A stretch of DNA of 64,000 bases from Octopus sinensis (Eukaryota). Positions 41,345 through 51,760 of this stretch are shown here, piece by piece (position 1 is the first letter of the stretch; every line of letters starts with the position of its first letter). Position numbers and translations under genes: made by a program. The notes beneath the pieces are model-generated. The model was not told where the DNA came from and searched no databases. It was given only the letters and a program-made list of their open reading frames with translations. The stretch covers positions 33,232,001-33,296,000 of the forward strand of contig NC_042999.1 of assembly GCF_006345805.1 (NCBI RefSeq). Reading direction: 5' to 3'.

Positions 41345-41794
41345 GGATCTTTTCGGTTTGAACGGCATTTTTTCTAGCGGTGTCATATGAAATTGTCACC
41401 CATAATTATGACCCTAGTATCGATCTATTGCATTTCAATCTGTTTTAGGGTTAGGGTTAGTTATGGTTAGTTAAGTTTAGGCTTAGGGTTAGGGTTAGGG
41501 GTAGGGGGAAGGGTATTTTTTTCTTCAGAACTGTAAATAAACCAAATCTGTTTCTTAAACGAGGGACATATTCATACGGCACAGAATGTTTTCACCTCAA
41601 TAGACGTATTTGATTGGTTGAAATTGCAGAAATTGAAGAAAAAAACAACAAATATCTTACAAACTATAGAATGTTCTCAATAAAGCCAAGAGAAAAAGAT
41701 GTTTTATAAACACATTCTACCAGTATACGAAGTTTAAATTTTTTTAGTTACCTAGAAATTATGTTAAAAACTGCCGTTCAAACCGAAAAGATCC
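41345..41794. mobile_element. 450-bp MITE with 23-bp perfect TIRs and 8-bp TSD
   Basis: GGATCTTTTCGGTTTGAACGGCA (41345-41367) and its reverse complement (41772-41794); TATAATGG at 41337-41344 and 41795-41802. Confidence 0.93.
41445..41508 (+). repeat. Degenerate (TTAGGG)n tract inside the MITE
   Basis: ttagggttagggttagttatggttag...ttagggttagggttaggggtaggggg. Confidence 0.85.
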
Positions 41795-42824
41795 TATAAT
41801 GGTTAATAAATCAAACGTTCCCTTTCTATTGCGAGAGATTACTGCACTAATATACTGCCAAGAAAATATCATTAATAGTTTTGATGCGTTACTTCTGAGG
41901 TATAAACATAGATTACAAATTACAAAATAATTTCCTCTGCTACAAACACTGATTAACATTAAGCAAAACCCCTTTTATCGTTTTTCACTTGTTTGCAGAT
42001 ACGGTAGTCTTTATAAGGTGGTTTTATTTTTCTTTCCTTCAGTGCTAGGAACCTCCCATATCTATATTCTGCTATCGAATGCAATGAAATCTCTTTCTAA
42101 TTAACAACTTGACTGATTCAATATATTGTGTCGCTGAGACATAGGTTTTAACATCTTACTTTGCTTCTTACATCAGCTACATTCATATTTTCAATATAGC
42201 TTTACATTTCTTAATGCGTTATGTATTGTTAATTCCCTATTGTGTACTTACCATTATTTTTTTGTAGCAGCACATATATCTACACACCTGTATTATGAGT
42301 TGATCTTCATTTGGCTTACGTGTATATTTCTGGGTTCGTTATATATTATATATTTTATTGCTTTATTCCACTCTCTGATATTGTTTACATGTATGTACCA
42401 TGCCAATTTATTTTTTTCTCCTGCACATTTCAAGTCAGTATATTTTCAACATAGCACATAGTTACGTGAGACACACGAACTTTTCCTTTATTTTGAATTC
42501 TGATACTCTGTTAACCTGCATTGTTTCTGTACCTTATCTTCAGGCTTTGTGTGTCTAAGTTCAAAGATCTTCAAGCGCAGGAATGTATTTGTGTGTGTAT
42601 GCAAAAATGCGTTTGCATTGTTATACGTTATTAGATTTTTGCGTGTGTATGCCCACGTATGTGTATATTCGTGTGTATACTTCTGTTTGTATGTGTGCCA
42701 ATAATGTTGAGTGTATACATTGATATTCATCTAAATACGTGGGTATATGCGGGTGTGGTTTGTAAACACACACGCACACACACACTCATACGCACACACA
42801 CACGCACATATATATATATATATA

Positions 42825-43209
42825 AGAATATACATGTGTGTGTGTGTTTGTAGTATTCAACGTGTACATATGCGCAAGTGAGTGTGTGTATAAACGCATG
42901 TATTTAAGATAGCATATTTTAGATTGATATAATGATTTGATATCATTGCATCATATATTCCTCTCGGGTATAGGCATAAGTATACATATAGCATGTATGT
43001 GGGAAGAACACTGCCAAAACATTCAACTTGAACGAAAGTCGAACGTCAGTGGTTGGAAGCTGTAACATAGAGCTATAAGACCAAATGCAATTATGTGAAA
43101 AGAACGAGAATTTATAAAGCAATGAAAATGTTCAACCTAAATACTGCTAATTAATTTTCATATGTATATGCACACACACACACACACACAAGTATATATA
43201 CATATAAAT

Positions 43210-43245
<36 letters not shown>

Positions 43246-43622
43246 AGAATATACATGTGTGTGTGTGTTTGTAGTATTCAACGTGTACATATGCGCAAGT
43301 GAGTGTGTGTATAAACGCATGTATTTAAGATAGCATATTTTAGATTGATATAATGATTTGATATCATTGCATCATATATTCCTCTCGGGTATAGGCATAA
43401 GTATACATATAGCATGTATGTGGGAAGAACACTGCCAAAACATTCAACTTGAACGAAAGTCGAACGTCAGTGGTTGGAAGCTGTAACATAGAGCTATAAG
43501 ACCAAATGCAATTATGTGAAAAGAACGAGAATTTATAAAGCAATGAAAATGTTCAACCTAAATACTGCTAATTAATTTTCATATGTATATGCACACACAC
43601 ACACACAAGTATATATACATAT
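42825..43622 (+). repeat. Tandem duplication, 421-bp period
   Basis: 42825-43206 and 43246-43622 are identical apart from microsatellite length. Confidence 0.92.
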
Positions 43623-43640
43623 AATATATATATATATAAT

Positions 43641-43672
<32 letters not shown>

Positions 43673-43868
43673 ATATATATATATATATAATAATAAATAT
43701 TAGGGAATAAATCCAAATTTACAGGGAAAAAAATCAGATTTAGGATTAAATCCAATTTTATAGTAAAATATTATAAAATATTATTAGAGACAAAACCACT
43801 ATTTTGCAAAACAAACAAGGAAAGACTTAATCAATACATAAAATTTTAATAAATAGTCAAAAAAACCG

Positions 43869-43911
43869 CCACTACAATCGTTTCTTGTCTTGATCGACAA
43901 TCTTCAGGTGG
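43869..43911 (-). ncRNA. Minimal type I hammerhead motif, fully canonical
   Basis: CCAC-CTGAAGA-TTGTC gatcaa GACAA-GAAAC GATT GTA-GTGG. Confidence 0.8.
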
Positions 43912-43965
43912 ACTTCCAATAAGTCAGTTTCAAATTATGAAGTTTGAAACTGACTTATTGGAAGT

Positions 43966-44008
43966 CCACCTGAAGATTGCCGATCAAGACAAGAAACGAT
44001 TGTAGTGG
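43966..44008 (+). ncRNA. Minimal type I hammerhead motif (mirror copy, one stem II mismatch)
   Basis: CCAC-CTGAAGA-TTGCC gatcaa GACAA-GAAAC GATT GTA-GTGG. Confidence 0.75.
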
Positions 44009-44095
44009 CGGTTTTTTTGACTATTTATTAAAATTTTATGTATTGATTAAGTCTTTCCTTGTTTGTTTTGCAAAATAGTGGTTTTGTCTCTAATA

Positions 44096-44155
<60 letters not shown>

Positions 44156-44162
44156 ATATACA

Positions 44163-44298
44163 TACAAGAATAAGCACATAGATGTGAAACAAAGTGGAAT
44201 ATATAGTACTCGAATACCGGAGGTAGAGTAATATGTTTTATTAATAAAGCTGCAACATCACACAAACTGATTTTGTGTTCTCTTTGCAGTTTTATTAA
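44163..44298. mobile_element. Diverged family C element, collapsed palindrome lacking the ribozyme core
   Basis: Leader homologous to 38320-38390; imperfect arms ttaataaagctgcaa / ttgcagttttattaa. Confidence 0.75.
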
Positions 44299-44350
44299 CA
44301 GAGTGTACACACGCATTTACGCACACAAACACACAAATACCCATATATAC

Positions 44351-44515
44351 GCGTAGGAGTGGGCTGTGCGGTAAGTAAATTGCTTACGAACCACATGGTT
44401 CCGGGTTCAGTTCCATTGCCTGGCACCTTGGGCAAGTGTCTTCTACTATAGACTCGGGCCGACCAAAGCCTTGTGAGTGGATTTGGTAGACAAAAACTGA
44501 TAGAAGCCTGTCGTA
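44351..44515 (+). mobile_element. SINE (family 2), 5' half
   Basis: gcgtaggagtgggctgtgcggtaag...ggcaccttgggcaagtgtcttc...gaagcctgtcg. Confidence 0.87.
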
Positions 44516-44607
44516 TATATGTATGCATGTATGTATATATATATATATATATATTATATATAATATATATATATTATATATATATACATACATGCATACA
44601 TATATAC

Positions 44608-44689
<82 letters not shown>

Positions 44690-44698
44690 ATATATATA

Positions 44699-44832
44699 CC
44701 GGAGTAAACACATAAATGTGAAACAAGGTGGAAAAAAGAGTACTCAAATACCAGTGGTAGAGTAATATGCTTTATTTTAAGCAGCAGAAAATTCAACAAA
44801 ATTTTGTTGAATTTTCTGCTGCTTAAAATAAA

Positions 44833-44833
<1 letters not shown>
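44699..44833. mobile_element. Family C element with 64-bp perfect palindrome, ribozymes absent
   Basis: Leader nearly identical to 38320-38390; 44770-44833 is exactly self-complementary and equals the outer 32 bp of each 38.4-kb arm. Confidence 0.92.
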
Positions 44834-44873
<40 letters not shown>

Positions 44874-44881
44874 CATATATG

Positions 44882-44958
<77 letters not shown>

Positions 44959-45615
44959 GTTAAACTTTTCTTTTTCTTCGGGACTGTCGTGTTATTTGTT
45001 ATAATAGCAATGCTTTTTATATCAGTTCAACTCCTTTTTTTGAGGGTTTTTTCTTCGTTACACGTTTAATATTTTTGTCCGTTTGGCATCCACCTCTAGG
45101 AACTCCGTACATTATCATTCTCTTACCATTGTTCGTCTGAGATCAGTGAGTCGTAGTAGCGTTGGTACTTGAAAAGTATCATATAACCATTCCATCGGTT
45201 CTTCCATTCTCTTGGGTTCGCTCTCAAGGAATTTTTTTTCGGTTCGTCCGTGCAAACCGACCAACAAATTTTACGTAATGTGACGATTTTTTAGGTAAAA
45301 TTTGTACAGAAAGACTATTTTTGGTTTCATAACTCGTTGTGGGTTTAATACCTCGTGAGTTTGTTAAATCATCGTCGCCACTGTTGTAATGCTTAATATC
45401 GGATTGTTATCACACCGACATCGGTATAGCAGTATAGATGCTAAAGCAGTAAAGACACGACTATAAAAGAAAGTCTACATCGTACTGTCTCCCTATACTA
45501 ACTATCGAATAGCGACTATCCAGTCACTATCGTCACGTATGGAGTGTCTACCATTATTACCGTTATCCCCACAACACATACATATGTGTGCATGTATGTG
45601 TATATAAATATATGT

Positions 45616-45658
<43 letters not shown>

Positions 45659-45670
45659 CACGTGTGTATA

Positions 45671-45735
<65 letters not shown>

Positions 45736-46342
45736 CGTGTATGTGTGTATACATGAACACATTGCGCATGTGTTTGTTTGAGCGTGTTCATATATTTTCT
45801 TGTAACTCGGTGTGCAGATACTCACAAATTTTAAACACTGCTATATCTATAACTTTCCTTTTTTTCTCTCTTTCGTCTTCAATTAATTTGTAAATATTGC
45901 AAATAATAAAATAACCGGAGGCCCTATCTTGCTCTCTTTCGGTAAAGTGAATTGTAAGGAGAGCAGGTTATTTGTTGTTTAGCAAAACCAGTTTCCACTT
46001 ACGATTTGATTGTAAAAATGCGCAGATTATGTCTGTTCTATTCTTCTGTATTGACCCATAAATTTAAAGACGACTATTCAACCAAAGATGAGGCGTACGG
46101 TAAAATTATAAAATGGTCTTAGTATATATACACTGATGTTAACATCAACAAAAAAATATTCCATCGGGGAGAGATAAATAGTGTTTAAGAATATGTTTTT
46201 ATATATGCGTTTTATGTGCTACGTGTCAGATGTCCTACCACAATCATCAGAGAGTATTCACACGCCATGTAATCATATATATATATATAATTACTTATAT
46301 GAATATGTGGTGGTGGATCGACAGACTCAAAGAGATCAATAA

Positions 46343-46388
<46 letters not shown>

Positions 46389-46619
46389 ATCTATTTTCTA
46401 TTTCAGTTCTCTATAAAATAATCAAGGTTTCTTTTAATTATTTTATTTCATTGTTTCTACGTTTCCCTTATCTAATGTTTTAACTGCTCTTCGGTCATGT
46501 TTAAACCATGTTTCTTGAATATGCAATATATGTCCTACTTTTTATTTAAGTCAAATTTATATTTAATCATAAATATAGTTTTTTTAAATGTAATTGGTAC
46601 AATACGGAGTTTTAGTGAT

Positions 46620-47350
46620 TTCCGTCAAACCTTTTGTAATATTTTAGCTATTTATCTGCTTTATTCGTCAGCCTATCAGTGTAAGAAGAGTGTCCATCTT
46701 GTTGCACTGTTTTAAGCAACATTTCTGCCAGTTCTTTGAATCCAGGGTAGTACGTTTTTTTTTTCTCATTCGAGACGAAGAACTCCTTCTCTGAAATTTC
46801 TACCTCAATTTGGTTGGTGAAATATTGCGAGTGTAGGAAGTGAGTCATGGATCCGAAAAAGTTGTAATCCGAAAGAGCTAGGTCCGGCCTATATGCTAGG
46901 TGTTCTTTGACATTTGTTCGATTCCTTGAAGTTCGGAGTGATTCAGGGTTGTTCGAGTGGAATAAGGTCTTGCAGAGTCTTGCAGCAGAAGATCCAGCTT
47001 TCTGTCAAATAAAACGGAGGATTTTTGGCTCGCAGTGGCATACATTCATAAGTTTCCAAGCTCGTCAGATTTGCCGCTATGGCTTGGAGCACGGCTTTGA
47101 AATCCATAGTTTTAGACCTAATTTACTTTGCTTGAACGTCGAGGTTCAGCAACCCGAGCGAAATTTTTTTAACTATATGATTACAATACTGTAATCAAAT
47201 GCAACAACGTATCAGCGCACCAACTATCACGATACTACAAACATCATCAAACATCTTCGACATGCTGAACTGCTTGAAACCTATGATTTACTCGCTGCAA
47301 GCAAACATGTATATAAACATTACAAAACTTTCGACTCGCCTCAATATATT
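46620..47350 (-). mobile_element. Internally deleted, decayed mariner transposon
   Basis: Minus strand: HLAYRPDLALSDYNFFGSMTHFL (the HPPYSPDLAPSDY motif) and an upstream KFRSG helix-turn-helix remnant; most of the DDD region is missing. Confidence 0.75.
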
Positions 47351-49626
47351 TCAATTGCTTTTATGTTTCACCGTATATATTAATGTTTTGTTATACTGAA
47401 GTATATCTATGTGTTCATTGAACAGTTCTAGAAGTTCGATTAGTGTGATATGAGAGCGCTCGTGTGTGATTGATGCGGTTGTAATTGTTATATTGTATTT
47501 ATACTTTTGTAATTTGGTTGCCGTTGCGGAAACGCATGTCGCTTCTGGCCTCCAGATGTCTGGAAGTATTGTTTGAGGCAAGTCTATTTCAGGAATATCA
47601 TCTGTATCTCATACAAATTAATTTATGTTTAACTAAAGAATGATTTTTACAAACGAATCGTATTTGTCATGATAGGCAAAATTGGTTTGTCTTCGAACAG
47701 AAGGAGGTGAAGTTTGAGCTAAACTTAATTGCTTTGGATTATACTACTGTATTTCAGACATATGAAATATACGATATTATTCGGAATACTCAACAAATTT
47801 ATCAGCATAATCATGATATTTGTAACCGCATGTAATACAATTCAAATAGTTGAAGAATTTTCTGGTTTTTATCCGACCTTGTTTAACCCATGAAGTGCTG
47901 GGATTTGCACTTACATAGCATGGACTGCTGAGCACATTTTATGAAGATGAGACTACCATCTACACCTAAAAAACAAAACAATAGTTAAAATATCTTCGTA
48001 GTAAATAATGGTGGCAAGTTTTGCATCAACTGAAAATTCATTAGTTGAACTATTAGCCCACTTGCACTCTCGGGGGTTGGGTATCAGAGCGTTTGAGTAA
48101 TAGTAGACACCAACAAACGCGCATAAATTAAAAGCATCTATCTGGGCCTCTACCTCTACCTGACGGCTACGATCGTGGCCTGTCGCGCTTTATGTGTTAA
48201 GTAAAAAATTACAATTCTACGAGAGAGATATATGAATTCATTCATTGAATTAATGAATACGTTATCAAATATAGACAAGAAATTCCCCAGCATGTCTATT
48301 GAAAAGCTAAGAGAATTGAAAACTGAAAACTGTTGTTCAATTAGGATTTATTGAGAAGTTAAGATCTCTTCTTGATTATGACTATATAATACAGAAAGGA
48401 GGCAAATTGATAGAATCATCATAGATCTTATAGAATGATTTGCCCTTTCGTTCTATTTCTTTACTCTCTGAGTTGAATTCTTACTGAAATGAACTATGCA
48501 TTTTATCACTACAATGAATAAAATATTCCATAGTTATACCAATCACGAAATTCTAGTTTTTATACAACTGAGAATTTGCTGATATAGTAATCACCGCCTA
48601 TATCATAAAATTGAGGATTAGAGTCCTTGCCTAAATATCGTCATGAAAAGAGAGTTCTCCATTACTTTGTGAGTTGCGAGCCCGTTGTATCATTCAACGG
48701 ATTTACAAAATATCGTGACAGCAAAAACGCCAAACTTTCCAAAATAATTAAATACAGGGTTTGAGTTGTTCGACTATAAAGCTTCAAGGTAATGCCCCAG
48801 CACGACTGCATTTCAGTGATTGAAACAAGTAAAATATAAAACCCAAACAAGGTGTTTTGGCTCAATAAACACTCACAATATTGTTACACACACTCTTCGA
48901 TGCACATTCATCTTACAGTAGAAATGCACTAGAAACATACACACATTCTAACATCTGTGTTTCTTATGAACTAGAGGGAGAAAGAGAGAGTGACTAAGAA
49001 CATGGGTATGTTCTTATCTCTGACTTTCTATCTGGAATTCTACTGACTTTGAATGATGCAGCGTTGTCACATAGTATCATACCATTTGCACCCTAAGAAC
49101 TGTGTCTCAAGAAAGGGGGGAATAACCGTGGCCTTCGCAGGCCATTCTATACCGGTGAGATTGATGCAATCACGTTCAATGTAAACATGTGCGACTGAAA
49201 ATCCTGCGGATAAAACATGTGGAGTGAAAAAATTCCAGAAGGCTCACGTTCCGGAAAAGCCTCTGCGTAATGATTGGCACGATTCCTGGAGGGAGGTAGA
49301 GGAAACGAGGGCGACCGTAAGAGGGGACTTAAATGAGTCGAGCGTGTGTGGATAAAAGTGGCATTAGTTAAGTTAATTTCAAAGGAAGAGTAGCAGAAGA
49401 AATGTTAGAAAGGAACCACAATATGTCTGTAGAGCAGAAGCTAGCGAGTGTCTGTGAGAGATTTTATGTTTCTTGGATATTCTTTATCTGGAAGCATCTA
49501 GGGTTTATGAACGCTAATCGAAACTGACAGAAATCAATCCATCCATCCTGCCTATCCTGTATTTCTTGAGGTGGGGGAGAGTAGACAACTAAGATGCCTT
49601 CTACAAAATATGGAATCAGAAGCTGT

Positions 49627-49793
49627 AGGCGTAGGAGTAGCTGTGTGGTAAGTAGCTTACTTATTAACCACATGGTTCCGTCCGGGTTCAGTCCCACTGC
49701 ATGGCACATTGGGCAAGTGTCTTCTACTATAGCCTCCAGCCAACCAAAGCCTTGTGAGTGGATTTAGTAGACGGAAACTGAAAGAAGCCCGTC

Positions 49794-49847
<54 letters not shown>

Positions 49848-49930
49848 TTGTGTATATGTTTGTATTTTTGCGTTTGTCCCCCCAACATCGCTTGACAACC
49901 GATGCTGGTGTGTTTAAGTCCCCGTAACTT
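49627..49930 (+). mobile_element. SINE (family 2), 3'-truncated
   Basis: Head, central domain and (TA)n/(TG)n linker match the other copies. Confidence 0.88.
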
Positions 49931-50197
49931 ATATATATATAAAGGCATTGACCAGGCTATCGATTGTCATTATTCATTGCTGTCAACAATATATTTTGCA
50001 TTGTCTTCGGATGACACCTCCCCTCTGGCTTGCCGAGCAGGCCCTGGTCGTGCTATATGTTATAGCATAACGAAATAGAACAATGTGAAATAAAGCGTTT
50101 GGTTGAAGAACATAAGGTTCGACTAGTGCAGAAATAGAAACCATGATCAAGCAATTATAAATGCAGCATCTGCATCACTAGGCCAAGAGCCTTCATG

Positions 50198-50298
<101 letters not shown>

Positions 50299-51046
50299 AT
50301 ATATACATATATATATATGTATATATATATTCATACATGCATAAAATATATAAAAATATATATAAAACATATATATATACACACGCATATATATATAAAC
50401 ATACATACACAAACATACATATATATATATAAACATTCATATTAACACCTCAATTTATTGTGAGGTTTACGTGTCCTTGTACATTTAGTATTTATTTTAC
50501 GAATTACCATTCCACCACAACAATTAAGAATGTGTAAGTCTAATAATAATCCATCATTTCTAAATCAATATTCTATATAAATTTTTATTTATAACATTGT
50601 CATTTTCATCAATGTATGATTTTTTTTAGGTCAGATGTACTAAAAGCAATTTTCGAAATGTGTTCTAGTATTCCAAATTTACCAAATTAATTAAATTCTT
50701 GAAAACCAGTCTAATTAACAAAAGCAGAAATATTGTATGAATTAGTAAAACATTAAAAAAATCATATACTTGTTGACTTGAATGAAGTCAAAACACCAAT
50801 GATGGAAGTTATGAAGATGTTCTCTCTTCTGTAAAACTAGAATATCTAGATAACACTGTTTTGCGAAATATAATATATCGATGTAAAAGTTTTGTTGCTA
50901 AAATCAAAATGTCATGTGAAATTAATCACTCTCTAACTCCCTCATTCTTTTCTCTCTCTCTCCCTCTCTCTCCCCATATATTTACGCGCTAAAATATAGA
51001 ATATACACAGATACACCAACATATAAACATACATACACATGAACAT

Positions 51047-51086
<40 letters not shown>

Positions 51087-51097
<11 letters not shown>

Positions 51098-51375
51098 TAT
51101 ATGGGAAACTACCACCTGTGTCATCTCTTGTGAAAGGTAAGAGAGTCCAGTTTGCTGGACATTGTTGTAGAGCTGAAAAAGAGGTAATTTCTACTCTTCT
51201 CCTCTGGAAGCCATCTACTCGCAATACCAGAGGGCGCACACTCTCCTACCTTGATGTAATCTCCAGGGATACAGGCATCCAGCAACAGGATCTCCGTAAT
51301 GCCATGATCGACCGTGAAGTCTGGAGTAGCATGGTAAATTCCATTGTCTCGACCACGGTCGAACAATGATGATAA
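51087..51375 (+). mobile_element. 3' end of an RTE-clade LINE
   Basis: LYGKLPPVSSLVKGKRVQFAGHCCR..LLLWKP..RGR..YLDVISRDTG..AMIDREVW*, followed by a (TGA)n-like tail; starts right after (TG)n. Confidence 0.82.
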
Positions 51376-51465
51376 TGTTGGTATGATGTAGGTGTTGTAG
51401 ACACACACACACACACACAAAACATTCACAAACTCATGTATATATACATACATTCAAATGTACAT

Positions 51466-51760
51466 AGGCGTAGCTGCGTGATAATAAGCTTATTTTTCCC
51501 CAAACCACATTGTTCCGGGTTCAGTGACACTGCCTGACACCTTGGGAAAGTATCTTCTCCGAAACCTCGTGAGTGGATTGTAGAAAGGTAGAGAAAAACT
51601 GAAAGAAACTCGTCGTATATATATGTTTATGTGTGTCTATGTGTGCGCGCGCATATGTGTGTGTATTTCTCTATGTGTCTTTGTATCTCTTTATCCCCGC
51701 ACCATTGTTTGACCACTAGTGTGGTATACTTGCGCCCCCGTAACTTCACGGTTCGACAAT
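51466..51760 (+). mobile_element. Degenerate SINE (family 2)
   Basis: aggcgtagctgcgtg..ccgggttcagt..caccttggg..gaaactgaaagaa. Confidence 0.8.

Larger units (their letters stand above)
43689..44105. mobile_element. Leader plus near-perfect hairpin element (family E): 163-bp arms, 8-nt loop
   Basis: 43772-43934 versus 43943-44105 with 1 mismatch; 83-bp unpaired leader; (TA)n on both sides. Confidence 0.93.

Noticed and set aside
41445-41508. Chromosome end or fusion relic
   Set aside because: The tract is short, degenerate and enclosed by MITE TIRs with a TSD.
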